A stretch of DNA of 64,000 bases from Eledone cirrhosa. Lineage: Eukaryota. The stretch is taken from NCBI GenBank assembly GCA_964016885.1, contig OZ024740.1:35402001-35466000 (forward strand). The letters are read 5' to 3'. The notes under the pieces were generated by a model that ran no database searches, was not told the origin of the DNA, and saw nothing but the letters and a program-made list of their open reading frames with translations. This document shows positions 32,131 through 45,448 of the stretch, piece after piece (positions within the stretch are counted from its first letter, which is position 1; the number at the start of each line of letters is the position of its first letter). The translations under genes and the position numbers were made by a program.

Positions 32131-33203
32131 ATGTGCGTGCGTGTAAATATATATACACACACACGTATATATATGGGCCTTCCAATTTCATTTTACATTA
32201 TATACATGTCTGTGTATATTTTAATTATTTAAAAATTATTTTTAAGTGAACATGATTTTAAAAAAAGTATTTTTAAGGGAACATGACCCAACGGGTGACG
32301 GGTGGTGTATTTTATCATAAAACCCGGATCAACCCATGCATTGCAGTGAAATTGGGTGGACGGAAACTGTTTTGGAGCCTGTCGAATGGACTGTATCTGT
32401 AATTCAAGGAGCTAGCCTTGTCATACACTATCATATTGAATTTTCCTGAGAATAACGTTAACGAAACTCGTGTCTGTGGAATGCTCAGCCACTTACACGT
32501 TAATTTCATAAGCAAGCGTTACGATCAGCGGGAAGATTTCAGTGTTGTTCTTCAATCAAATGTTAACATTTTAATATTTTTTAGGAATTTTCTTATATTA
32601 CATTATTAAAAGGGAAATTAATTCTACAGAACACTAATTATAACAATTAGTAGAATTGTGGAATATCTTAGTCCTGAGAGGCAACAATAAATAATGAATA
32701 TTAAAACCCTCCTAAATATACACCTGAGTACAAGAATTTAGTGACAATAAAACAAGTGAAACACAGTCGAAGTTTAATAGTAGCCATTATAATAACGATA
32801 TTGTCAATAAATAAAACAATACTAGTGCTACCATATAGACCAGGAGGCTATATGGTAGCACCAGGAACACACGTCTCGCATACTACTTTCCTATGGCCCG
32901 CGACAGATCAATTTTCGTGACTAATTAAAGAAAATTTAAAACAGAAAATTTGTTCCCCTATATTTTGTACTAATTCACATACTTCACTTACTAGCATATA
33001 CATATTCATTTTGAAGAAAAAAAATTGTAGATTAGCATTATAAGTGGTGGAAATCACGCCACCCCTCATCTCACTTTTGACCCACTGTGCTTCTCCCCCA
33101 GCACACAATGGCCCCTTTGTGACTTTGAGTTTGAGACTCCTGATATAGACGTTGAATTTACTATTTGATATATTGTTACTTGGAAACATATTTCTATTTT
33201 CAG

Positions 33204-33349
33204 TTTCGCTATAGTACACCGTTCGATAAATTTCTCATGATATTTGGAACATTTGCTGCTATTGGACAAGGAGGCTCCTTAATTTGTTTTATATTGGCAA
33301 TGGCCAATGGCTTGGATAAGTTATCCACGAATAAATCACCTGCAGAAAG
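33204..33349 (+). CDS. ABCB1: ABCB1-like exon (FRYSTPFDKFLMIFGTFAAIGQG...; TM1)
   Basis: TTTTCAG acceptor and GTATGT donor; P-glycoprotein FRY..D..LM..GT.AA..G motif; ends in phase 2. Confidence 0.9.
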
Positions 33350-33429
33350 GTATGTAGATTGTATGACTTTTATACCAGCGTTTAAAACAGGCAAGTGAAT
33401 TGTTTCTATTAATTTCATAGTAAAAGAAA

Positions 33430-33625
33430 AGTAGATTAGCAGTATCGGCAGAGCGTCGCAACATTCTGTGTGGCATATACTTACGTCCCTTTACGTTCTG
33501 AGTTCAAATCTCGCCGAGGTTAGCTTTACATTTCATCCTTACGGTTACGATAAAATAACGCACTGGGGCGATTTAATCGCCCCCCCACCCAATTTTTGAC
33601 CTTGTACCTAAATCAGAAACCATTA
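33430..33625 (+). mobile_element. Abundant SINE (core GAGTTCAAATCCCGCCGAGGTTAACTTTGCCTTTCATCC)
   Basis: Further copies near 34290, 35030, 35155, 43497, 44595, 47588, 47800, 48330, 48900, 50071 (+) and 44400, 56100 (-). Confidence 0.8.
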
Positions 33626-33734
33626 AATTCATAGTAAAACAAAACGTTGCTTTAATAGTTTTCAAACGAAAGTTGGAGCTCAGTTAGCAAAGGACAGTAA
33701 CAATTATTTCTAGTCATTTATCATATGAGTGGAG

Positions 33735-33990
33735 GTGCGTGACCTCGTGGTAAGGGTGTTGGATTTACGATCATAATGTCGTAGGTTCGATTCCTGGACT
33801 GGGTTGTGTGTTGTGCTCTTGAGCAAAATACTTTATTTCACGTTGTTCCAGTATACTCAGCTGAAAATGAGTACCAACAGTAATTGGCAGTTTAACCCTG
33901 CGATGTACTGGTGGGGAGTCTTGTACTCTCTGTCGCTTCACACCACGGAAATTATGATAAGCACCGGCCTGATAAGCCTTCAGACTTGAG
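33735..33990 (+). mobile_element. tRNA-derived SINE, second family
   Basis: A-box-like GTGGTAAG and B-box GGTTCGATTCC, then the shared core. Confidence 0.7.
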
Positions 33991-34438
33991 ACAGACTTTA
34001 GACTTTTTAGATTTATCATATCCATCTAAGTTCTGAATTCAAATAGCTCTCAAGTTTGACTTTACCTTTCATCTCTCTTGAGTCGATAACACTAGTTATA
34101 TACTGAGAATAGATTCAGTTGAATGTGGTTAGCAAGAGAAGTTATTATCTGAAATTGAGGTGAATAGTATCAAGAATCCTTTCACTGACTCGCAACACTA
34201 CGGTAGAAACCGTGATAATCTCATGAAGTATTTTGGGAGAAAACATAATCCTTTATCATTTGAGATTTCCTACTTTAACTTATGTAAGATAGCGAATTCG
34301 TAGAGTCGTTAGATTGTCGGACTAATTGATTTGTGGCATTCGTTCCTGTTCCTTGTACTGAGTTCAAATCCTGCCGAGACCAACTTTGTCTTTCATCCTC
34401 TCCATTGCTTCCTCTCTATATCTTTCTTACTTCTTCTG

Positions 34439-34526
<88 letters not shown>

Positions 34527-35029
34527 CTCCTTCTCTGGAAGAAATCGGCTGCGTTTAAGGCTGGGGACGAGATGAGCTGGGCCAGGTTTAAAATACGGCA
34601 CCCCTACCAGTTAAGGGTTCTTACACACAGTCTAACATGTATAAATTACGTTTAAGTGATGTTTCAAGAAATCTACAAAGCGTGTGGCTGAGTGGTTAGT
34701 GGATTCGGAATCGTGAGATTGTGAGTTCGATTCCCAGACCAGGCGATACGTTATGTCCTTGGGCAAGACACTTTATTTCACGTTTCTCCTTCTACCTGGA
34801 GTTGTGACCGATGGATAGTATTAGCTATTGGAAAGACTAATGGAAACATTGTTTCCTCGGTCCGATTTGACGAAAGTTGATCGACTGTCGACACATATCA
34901 TGCCTACAAAAGTGAACTAAAGGTAGCAGCTCGATTATCTTAATCTGGAGTCAAATTATATTTTCTTTGCAGTTGGAATTCTTTTTGGTTGGATCTTCAG
35001 TGAAATATAATTCCTCCATATTATTTTCA

Positions 35030-35348
35030 CGGTCTGAGTTCAAATCCCGTCGAGGTTAACTTTGCCTTTCATCCTTACGGGGTCGATAAAATAAAGTACC
35101 AGTAATTGCTGGCTTTGTGCCAAAAAGTAGAAACAATTATTTTCACATTGGAAAAAGGCGGTGGATTGGCAGTATCGGTAGAGGGTCGGACGCCATGCTT
35201 TTACGCATAGAGTTACGGCCCTTGCCATTCTGAGTTCAAACCCCGTCGAGGTTAACTTTGCCTTTCATCCTTACGGGGTCGATAAAATAAAGTACCAGTA
35301 ATGTACTGGGTAATTGCTGGCCTTATGCCAAAAGTAGAAACAATTATA
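35030..35348 (+). mobile_element. Two tandem SINE copies
   Basis: Duplicated core ending AAAGTAGAAACAATTAT. Confidence 0.8.
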
Positions 35349-35454
35349 TTCACATTGCAAATGTAGCTTAATGATAAATTGTTTCATCGATAATCGCTCT
35401 TAATACTTGCATGATCCTATATTGTGTTTGTGTTTGTGATATTTTTAATAAGGA

Positions 35455-35870
35455 TACTACCACCACCCCAGCACCAGATCAGCACCCCCCAGCACCACCA
35501 GCAGCACCGCCACCACTATCATTACCACCACCACCACCACCATCATCATCGTCATCATCACCATCAGCATCAGCAACAGCAGCACCAGCACCAGCACCAC
35601 CAGCAACACCAGCACCACTATCATTATCATTACCATCATCATCATCAGCAGCAGCAGCAGCCTCACCAGCAGCAGTAGCACCACCACCACCACCACCAGC
35701 CGCACCAGCACAACCACCAACACCAGCTCCAGGAACAGCAGTAGCAGCACCATCACCAGCACCGCCACGACCACCACAATAGAAAACTTTAATAGCAACA
35801 ACACCAGCAGTAGCCACAAAAATAGCAAAAGAAATAACAACAGCTCCACTTTGATATCTACAGCAGCAGC
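35455..35870. repeat. CAC/CAG/CAT triplet low-complexity tract
   Basis: Mixed trinucleotide repeats, open in several frames. Confidence 0.9.
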
Positions 35871-36779
35871 AGTGGAGCTCTTTAAGGTGTCCCAACTCAA
35901 CAAGGACTCATAAATGGTACAGGCGGCTAAATTAGTTAAAATGGAGTCGAGAAGGGTCAAATTAACCATCCCATCGTATGTGTTAGCAGTAACTGCCATA
36001 AAAAAACGATACGAAAAACCCCGACATCCAGAAGCAGTGTCATAGGCCCAAATTGGGTGGGTGTGCTTCAAACGAAATATAGCCTGATATTGAATTTGTT
36101 GCAAGGAAAAGGCATCTTTAGGACGTGCATGTGCTTTTCAGTCCTAAAATATTTTGTGGCCCTCTTGCAGTAACGACTATGATCTTTTCCCTTACTATTT
36201 AGGAAGAAGAACAGCAACGGACAGTATTTTGACTGTCCGCGGCCTGTGTTGTCCTGGATGGTCAAGCTCTTGGTTGTAAAAAACTGAGTGGGGGAACTGA
36301 GTGAGAAAGAAAGAAAGAGAGAAAGAGAGTGAGAGATAGAGAGAGAGAAAGATAGATAGAGAGAGAGATGTAAAAAAATGCAGCCCATAGATTAAGATTC
36401 CTCTTTGGGGTTTGGAAATACTACAGCTCTGATAATTTACAAACCTATAGGAAGTACAAGTCAGATTTATACTGGCTAACTATTCATATTCCTAGAACGG
36501 TGATGATGGTGATGATACTGCTGTTAATACCACAGACTATTGTTTAAAGAAGTTGATTCGACTGATTAGCAAAAGTTCAGCATCTATCAGGTTTCATTCT
36601 ATAATCCATAGACGAGTTCTTCACTCTCAACTTTTATACCAATACCACTGTAGATGATAACCCTACACACTCGGATACACTGTCGCATCCTCTATTACCA
36701 CCCTTAATTTGTCTCACCTTTCAGATTTCACAAAACACTTCAGCCAAACCTTCGTTTCCAGAGTTATTACCATCTAGAG

Positions 36780-37327
36780 CAGTGATGCTCAACTAGTGTG
36801 CCGCGGCACACCTGTGCGCCGTGAGATCTTCCTAAGTGTGCCGCGAAATTTTGAACGGCACACTAAAAAAATACGAAAAACCCCGTGATCCCAATTGAGT
36901 ATTCACAGTCTGTCGTGTAACATTTTGCATCATATAGCTTTGCTCATTTAGGGATGAGTGAAATGTTTCCAAATGTTGCAATGATAAAAATTCTATATCT
37001 TTTATTGTTTCGTTCGTCATTAGTATTGATCATATGAATGGATATTGGTCAATAATTGTCTTAAACCCCCATCCCCAGAAGAAATTTTTTTATTATTATA
37101 TCATGCATCTTTTTTCACTTTTATGGTAGAATCTACCTCTAAAACTGAGACAAATGATATATTTCTTTTTCATCTAGTCCTAATGCTGAGATATGACCAA
37201 AACTGGTTGATAAATAGCGTAATTTTCAGAGTTCAAATTTTTCATATATATATTTAGCCAGGTGGGCCGCTATTTTTTCATGTGTTCCAAGGTGTGCCGT
37301 TGGCAAAAAAAAGGTTGAGAACCACTG
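36780..37327. mobile_element. hAT (Charlie-type) MITE with 8-bp TSD
   Basis: TIRs CAGTGATGCTCAAC / GTTGAGAACCACTG; TSD ATCTAGAG / GTCTAGAG. Confidence 0.85.
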
Positions 37328-37988
37328 GTCTAGAGTTTCTCCCTATCCACTTTTTATCTACAGACACCAGCCCACAAAAAACTTCAGCCAAACCTTCGTT
37401 CCAGAGTTGTTACCATCTAGAGTTTCTCCCTACCCACTTTTTATCTACAGACACCAACCCACAAATGTTGATGCTGAATATCAACCCCAACTTCGATCTT
37501 ACCAGAGAACATGCAAACGTCATGGATGCTTTCCAACCCCATTTGATATCTTATAAAAAAAACACCAAAAAGTTGATAGTCTAAAATTTAAAATGATTTA
37601 ATATAATTTTCAACGGAACAGGTGAATTCCATAAGATATGTCAAAGAACAATTGCCCAATATACTTTAAAATTAAACTTTATCATACACCTACGGTAGTA
37701 GGTGTATAATATTCTTAAGGTCACATTTCGGTCACTCGTGACACCTTCAAAGCTTTGTCACTAATTCAATTTTTGATAGAATTGGATGAGGTTTGTTGCA
37801 CTTTATAGGACGACAGATAAGCTACATTTTGACATAAAAATATTGAAATTTGGTTCAGTAGAAAAAAAGTTACATAAAAATAAGTGAGGACCAAAAGAGT
37901 GTAAGGAACTACATACATAAGTAACGCTTAGTTTGTTTCTAATTTCTAATACATTAAAATAGTGATAGATTGTGCAATAGCGAATTGT

Positions 37989-38061
37989 GGTCAGGTAGCT
38001 CAGTCGGTAGAGCAGCGGACCGGCAATCCGAAGGTCGAGGGTTCGAGTCCCACCCTGATTA
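37989..38061 (+). tRNA. tRNA-like sequence with anticodon GGC; probably a pseudogene or SINE head
   Basis: Cloverleaf: GGTCAGG/CCTGATT acceptor, GCTC/GAGC D-stem, CGGA/TCCG anticodon stem, GGTTCGAGTCC T-arm, TTTT downstream. C at position 33, stem mismatches, no G3:U70. Confidence 0.55.
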
Positions 38062-38179
38062 CTTTTCCTATCTGCACTTCTTCCTATTTATTATTATTAT
38101 TTAACTTATTTGTTGATAAATATTTTTATTAATATTAATATAATAATATCCTTGCATTGCCTGGAAAAAAAGTGGATTA

Positions 38180-39393
38180 CAGGGAAAAATCCGGGCGCAT
38201 GTAAAGAAATATTCTTAAATTAATAAACCTAGAAAAGTAAAGGACAAGTTATTACACCTGGAAAAGTAAAGGACAAGAAAACTTTTTAAAACTTCTTAAA
38301 ATATTGCAGCTAAAGTCTAAATTTGAAAAAAAAAATTTAGATTATAAAACTAAAAATAAATAATTATAAGTTAATTGTTAAAAAAATATCACTTTAAAGG
38401 ACTGGAAAAATGACTGTCTTATAGGGAGAGTTGACTACTGTATACTTAATTTTTTTCTTGGTGTATACAAATTAATCTTTTTAAAATAAAATTTGTACAA
38501 TAATTTGTACAATAATTTGTACAATAATTAATTAATAATAATAATAATTAATATGTACAATTTATTAATTTATGTTATAAGATATTTAAAAATTTTCACT
38601 CTTAATCAAATTATATTTTTATAAATTTAGTTATAAAATAATGCAGTAAAATAAATCAAAAACAGTGCATCATATAATTGCACTTTTTATGAGTATTACA
38701 GATTTTTTTTATAATATAGTAAAATTCAACATCTCAAGGGGCAAAATTAGGTAAAAGTCAATTCATCAATTATTCATTTATAGTGAATCAATCAATTATA
38801 GTGAATTCATCAATTCATTAGATGAACTGTTGAATTAGACAATGTTTAATTTTTAATTGTAGTCTAATTTTACTCTACCTAAAAATGTAGATTGGTTATT
38901 TTGATCTCTGACAGGTCTTAAATTTCATTATTAAACAATTATAATTTGTTATTATTTATCATTACAGTTGGCTCCCTAATTAATTATTAATTAATTGTTA
39001 GTGTCATTTACACGCCAAAATTTTGTTTTATTTGATGTTTATAATTGTCACTCATTTTTTCAGTCCCATTTAGTAAAGTAAAATAAAGTATATTTATTTA
39101 ATGACCCAACCACTATGGTGTAAATTAGGAACACAAAATTAAATAAATGATCATAAATTAGTATTATTATCAATTAGAGAGTCAACTGTATTATTAGAAT
39201 TTATCACTTTCTATGTATATTTAAATCAAATATTTTTTATTATTCAAATTTATACTATAGCTGCAATATTTTAAGAAGTTTTAAGAAGAAGTTTTCTTGT
39301 CCTTTACTTTTCCAGGTGTAATAACTTGTCCTTTACTTTTCTAGGTTTATTAATTTAAGAATATTTCTTTACATGCGCCCGCATTTTTCCCTG
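38180..39393. mobile_element. Non-autonomous Tc1/mariner-type element with ~130-bp TIRs and TA TSD
   Basis: TA|CAGGGAAAAAT...ATTGCAGCTA is the reverse complement of TAGCTGCAAT...ATTTTTCCCTG|TA; very AT-rich, non-coding interior. Confidence 0.85.
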
Positions 39394-39481
39394 TAATATA
39401 GAGATATATGAATAGACATACCTGAGTAATAGAATCTGACGAAATATATAAAAATACTGAGAATTTGTCTTCTTTTGGTAG

Positions 39482-39558
39482 GGCATGCGATGTCAACGGA
39501 ACAGTACCTCATCATTTTGTACTCGATCATGCAAGGGATACTGCTTTGTATTTTCTCG
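39482..39558 (+). CDS. ABCB1: ABCB1-like exon (extracellular loop 1 to TM2 start: ACDVNGTVPHHFVLDHARDTALYFL)
   Basis: TTTTGGTAG acceptor and GTAAGA donor; 77 nt, exactly bridging phase 2 to phase 1 between the flanking exons; absent from the ORF track. Confidence 0.85.
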
Positions 39559-39751
39559 GTAAGATTTTTCCTATCACTTTTATCATTGTGTATGTTTCTT
39601 TTTAGTCAAATCTGCTATATCGATTCGATGTCTAATTGAGACAGTAACTGGGCGAAATGGCCCCGACCACCATTACTGTAAAATATAGTTTGTTTGGTGA
39701 GGCAACAAAAAACCATTAAGGAACACAGAAGATTTTCATTTTTATTACATA

Positions 39752-40478
39752 CTAGCCGAATTACCCGCGCCTTGCTGCGTTTCACACATTTTTTTTGTAA
39801 GAAAATGATGATTGATTTTAAATCAGTGATATAATTTATGGAGAAAAACTCTGCATTTCAATATTACTCAATGGAAAATGTAATGCATGAAAAATTGGAA
39901 AACATTATTTTTTGTAATATATCAAATCAAAATGACATTATTAAATCTTATTCTTATTTTGTTTCTTGTAAATAATTTTTTTCAAAATATCAGTTCAAAA
40001 CTTGATCAGTTCATTTTAGTGTAAAGCATTATTTTATTTGAGCTTCCAGAATGTTCATTATAGGGGGTTTAACCCCCATTAGGGTGTCTTAATATTATTG
40101 AAATTCGCTGAAATTTTGTGAATAGGCATCATATCTTGTCATTTACCTATGGTTTAAACTTCATATAAATCGAAGTGAAAATATTTTCAGCGGTGGTTTG
40201 TGCCCCCGGGGAACCTGTCTGTCTGTTTGTTTGTTTGTTCATGAACTCCTATGGTTTTGGAGATAGACCCCCATAACCATATATATTCTGAAACTACATT
40301 GCCCAGGCTACTTGGATAAGTATATTTCATTTTAATCAAAGGGTTCCCCGGGGTCACAAACCTCAGGCAATGTAGTTTCAGAATATATATGGTTAAGGGG
40401 GTCTATCTCCAAAACCATAGGAGGAGTTCGTGAACAAACAAACAGACAGGAACTACAACTTTATATATACATATAAGA
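39752..40478 (-). mobile_element. Non-autonomous Helitron-like element with an internal inverted duplication
   Basis: Minus strand starts TC..TATATAAA..(GTTT)n and ends with a GC-rich segment plus CTAG|T; 40213-40305 is inverted at 40365-40452. Confidence 0.6.
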
Positions 40479-41750
40479 ACACAGACGTCTACTTAAACGT
40501 TAAAATTATATCTACTTAGTTTCTCAAAAGGTGTTGTATTTTAATTTCGAGTAATATAAAATGCAGTAAATTTTTGAATAATTTTTTTATAACTTTGATA
40601 TGAAAAAAATAAATACATTGTTTAAAGCAGCTAATGAGAGTGTGTGAAATCTAGACGAGAACTTTATAAAATATGTCTTGATATTGGATACTCTAAAATG
40701 ACATTAGTTTTCGAGTGGGACCAAGTAAAGAATATTTTTTAAACTGTGAAAGGTTTACTTTGAAGTAGGTTTTTAGACGAAACAACGAGAGGTCGATTCT
40801 TTAAAGTGGCTTGATATTTTACTGTTTTGAATTCATTTGTTAAATGGCAAATGTTTTTGTTTGACTTAATGTTAAAAAGTTAAAAATAATTTTGTGACAA
40901 GAATTTAATCTAATCTCTTCATTTATCACCAAAATATTTGATTAATAGCAAGTCTACATATTATTAGTAAACTTCAATTACTTTGATATTCACCAGTAGC
41001 TGATATATAATATTAATGTGTATTTATCTTTATTTCAAACACATACAAATAGTGTGTATTTATTTTAATATAGGATAAAGACCCCCGTTAGTCACGAATG
41101 ACTGTATTTTGCACCTAGAAAGTTTCCCTTCCAAGGCACAAGTCCGAGCAGGCCAGTAGTTGCCCATGCATACCGGTTTCCCCTCTCCATGCTACCGCGA
41201 ATGTGAATTTGATGTTTTAATCACTAAGCCACGCACCTTCACCTATTTTAATATATAAACGTGGATTAATAGATTTAAAACAAAGGATAGTATTTTTTTT
41301 CAGTACCCGGACATTCTAACATTATTCTTTGTTTCTCCAACATTATATCTATGCTAGGAATCAGATAAACCATTCTTTGTCTAGGGAGAGAAAGCAGGTT
41401 TCTATTACTTACGAGCAACTCAAAACAGAAACGAGAAAATGAATAAAACCAAAGTGGGCTAGTAAGATATATTTCAGATGGTGTATTAAAACATGGAAAA
41501 GTTTGATAAAATTTAAGAAAATGCGATGGATGTAAATGAATAAAAAAAATGAAAGTAACATCATCATTATCACCGTTCTACATCCCTTTTCCACACTGAC
41601 AGAGGTTGCATGCGTTGGCACAGTCCGAGTTCAGACAGGTGTGTGTGTGTAAATATATTTACAGCATTACTGTTGCTAAAGTTAATAAATATCCACACAC
41701 GTACACTTAACTATGCATGCATTTAAACACATCTTTCTATTTAACTATAG

Positions 41751-41922
41751 GCATAGCAGGGGCTGTATTTATAACATCATACTTAAATGTTACCGCATGG
41801 AAAGTTACCTCAGAGAGACAAATGAATTGCATCCGGTCACACTTTATGAGAAGTATTCTTCGGCAACATCTACAATTTTTCGATAAGAATACACCTGGTA
41901 TTTTAACCAACTACCAGTCATC
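41751..41922 (+). CDS. ABCB1: ABCB1-like exon (GIAGAVFITSYLNVTAW..SERQ..IR..F.RSILRQ..FFD)
   Basis: TAG acceptor and GTAAGT donor; TM2 and coupling-helix motifs; 172 nt. Confidence 0.92.
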
Positions 41923-42105
41923 GTAAGTATTTCACCAATTAATTTTACTTAAACATTTTTAGCATCAAATAATTTCTTAAAATTAAGTAACTGCTGTTAC
42001 CCTACATTTTACCTAAAATTAGGTACTTGTTGTTTCATTACATTTTAAAATATTAATCGTAGTGATATTTTTTGATATTTTTGGAAATTTCTTTTTTTTT
42101 TTTAG

Positions 42106-42277
42106 GTCACTGGATATAATTTCTCAGGGCCTTGGAAACAATATAGGTACGATGCTTTTCACCGGATCTTCAGGTGCAATAGCCTTAGTGTGTTCATTCG
42201 CATATCAATGGAAAGTTACATTACTTTTACTTTCGGCTCTTCCTGTTATGTTTTTATTCACTTTCGCAATAAATAAG
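42106..42277 (+). CDS. ABCB1: ABCB1-like exon (IISQGLGNNIG...FAYQWKVTLLLLSALP; TM3-4)
   Basis: Poly-T-AG acceptor and GTAAGG donor; WKxTL motif; 172 nt. Confidence 0.92.
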
Positions 42278-42353
42278 GTAAGGAAATTTAAACATTTAAT
42301 AAAGGTTGATATTCCAAAAAGTAACATAAATGTCATTGAATTATCATTTTATA

Positions 42354-43240
42354 CGAGAGTGGACTGAAAGGTTCATAGGTTGACTATGAAGGAGAGATGC
42401 TAGAGCTGTGAAATCTTGCATGCATTAATTTCAACTCTTCTTATTAATAACTGCATTATTTCGTTCCAGGTAAACTGACATCTGACTGTTCAAAGAAGAC
42501 TTCAAAAGTAACTTGTAGTGACTTGTCTTGAAAATGGATAACAATTGGCACCGTGGTGTTATCAAGTACCGACAGAAAAAGGGTTTAGACTCCAAGGACA
42601 TTCATGCTGACATAGAGGGCGGCACTTCAGCTTTATCAACAGTGCAAAAGTGGGCAGCTGAATTTAGGAGAGGAAGGGAGAGTTTTGAAGATGACCCAAG
42701 GTCTGGACGTCCTGCAACTGCCACCACCTAGGAATACATTAATTGTTTTCAGCATATGGCAATGGATAACAGACGATTGACTATAAATCAAATAGTCAAT
42801 GCTATTAGCATATTTTGTGAGAGAATTGATAATATTCTGCACAAGGAACTTGGCATGACGGGGAAATCTGACATTATTTGAAGAAGATCCAGCTGGTTTC
42901 CTTCTAACCTAGAGACAAAGAGACAATCCATACATTGGAAACACCCCTCCTCACCTGTTCCAAAGAAGGCCAGGGTCGTTTTATCTGAAGGGAAGGCGAT
43001 GGGCTCAGGTTTTTGGGATGCTAAAGACATTGTGTTTATTGACTATCATCAAAAGGGCCATACCATCAAGATCAAACGCCCAGGAAAACTGACGAGAAGG
43101 GTTTTGTTTCACCAGAACGATGCTCAAGCACACAAGTCCTTGGTTTCAATGGCTACTGTGCGTGACTGTGGCTTTGAACTGCTTGATCCATATTCCTCCT
43201 AATTTGGCCCCAACATGAGAAAAACACTTGGCTGGGAACC
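42354..43240 (+). mobile_element. Decayed mariner transposon
   Basis: TA|CGAG start; [28 protein letters not shown]...VFIDY and LFHQNDA..H; deletions and stops. Confidence 0.85.
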
Positions 43241-45448
43241 TATCAATCGAGCAACTGTACTAGAAAGCCAATAAAGCTAACTATGACCTTAGTTTGAGTT
43301 CGCCTGAGGCATTTATAAGGCTTCTCTTTCTTCAAAACAAACCAACAATAAAAATTATGAATTTCTACCACATATTTATAAATGAAGAAAACTAAAGATT
43401 TAGTTCGAACTTGAATGCTTGAATCCCATTGGTGAAGAAGCTTTCATCCTGTTAGTAAAAAAAGTCATCAACAGCAAACATGACGTCATTATCACTGGTC
43501 TGAGTTCAAATCCCGCCGAGGTTAACTTTGCCTTTCATCCTTATGGGGTCGATAAAATAAAGTACCCGTAATGTACTGGGATAATTGCTGGCCTTGTGCC
43601 AAAAGTAGAAACAATTATCACTGAGTTCCATGTTTGAAAAAAAATATAGCGCTAACAAATTATAATTGTAATAGATGTATTCCAAGAAAAATATAAGTTA
43701 GTAAACGTTGAGTAATAAATTAAATATCACTATTAAGTTCATTGGTGTATAACAAAATACAATGTCACCAACACTAGCAAATATAAAGTAGTGAGATCTA
43801 ATAATTTAACATTTCATCTTTCATTTATAAAGGCTTTTACGGTAATCCCATTAAAAGTAAGTCCGAATATTAGTACAGCTGCCATATGCAACAAACTAGA
43901 GTTAAATTTTATATTTCTTATCCAGGATTCACTATTCATTCCAACCCCAAACTATGCAATAACCATTTGCACCCAGCTGTCATCTAGTCAATCGTTTACC
44001 TATTTCAAATCACGAAGCCTACAGTACAAAAGTATTTTATTTTTACATCTATGTATCTCCCAGAAAAAGACACTTGTATAATTCCTTGAGGAAACATGCA
44101 GGAAGCCAATAGTATATAAAAGCAGGCTCTAACTCAGTAAAACCCCCAGTCTTTCATAACAGAAGGCATCAAAGTATAATGCAGTCCTTTTTAGGGAGCC
44201 AGAGTCAAGTAAAGCTAATCTGCTGCGATATATTCTTCTACTTTGAATTGTAACTTCTGGTAGAGTCGTAGGGGCTCTATAATGACATACAGTATTTCTT
44301 GGACAGTTTGTTTAAACTTAGAAGAATCCATCTCCTCTTCAGATTTGAATATGGCCAATTTCTTCGAAAGTAGAGAGAGAGAAGAAGAATGAACCTTAGT
44401 ATTTGACTGTTACATTTTTTATCAACCTCAAATGATGAAAAGCAAAGTTGACCTCAATAGAATTTGAACGCAGAGAGCAGAGAACCGGAACAAATACTGC
44501 AAAGCATTCTATCTGACGTTTTAAGAACACTGCCATTTTACCGTCTTATGTGTCTTCGATATTGAAATAGCATTAATAGAAAACATTTAAACATACGGCA
44601 ACGAGTAGGCAGAATCGTCAGATAGAAGGTTTTGCAGATTTCGTTCCAGCTCTCTGCTCTCTGAGTTCAAATCCAGCCGAGGTTAATGTTGTCTTTTATC
44701 CTTTCGAGGTCGATAAAAAAAAGTATCAGTCAGGTACTGGGGTCGATTTTCTCATTTCCATCCTCCCATTCTCTATCTTTTTCTGGAAGAAATCTGCTGT
44801 ATTCAAACATGGAGAGGGATGGGCTCTGTCAGGTTTAGAATACTGAAATAATGCAGTATGTCACTATCGCACCCCTACGACTCCCCCGGGAGTTACGGGA
44901 CCATACATACCATTTTAGAATGTTAAAATAGAAGAAATCCTGTTTGAAAACAATTTAAATTAATAGCGAGAAATCTATTAAAGGCGGGAGTAATTTGATC
45001 CAGAAATCGTTTCCTCGGATGAGTTTTGTTTTTATCCGTATTATTATTGATATTCTTTAGACTATTTGAGGAGAAAGCCTCTCCTTTTTAATCCTCTCTT
45101 TTGTATATTTGATATAAATTTGTGTTGCGAGTCGTTTCTATATGATTAGAATATGATTACTTTTCTTTTAAATGTTTAGTGTTGAATCTGAGCTGGCCAG
45201 CCGCAGGTGTGAGCTCCGCCAGTTGGAATGGCTTTTCCAGCGCGTCTCCCTTGCCGTCTTCCGGGGAAACACCTTCTCCATTCTGTCCGTCGGGTCTGTG
45301 GGGAGGCCACCAATATGATTGACTGACTTGTCATTTTATCAGTTTCAGATCTCAAACAATATATTACAATTTAACTAAAAATATAAAAACATCGCTAAAT
45401 TACAATACTAGTAAAATACAACAGTGCACAGACTCAGCTTGGCAATAG

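Noticed and set aside
35411-36104. Pro/Ala-rich, His/Gln-rich or hydrophobic ORFs
   Set aside because: Triplet-repeat artefact without splice support; the adjacent sequence looks like a decayed LINE end.
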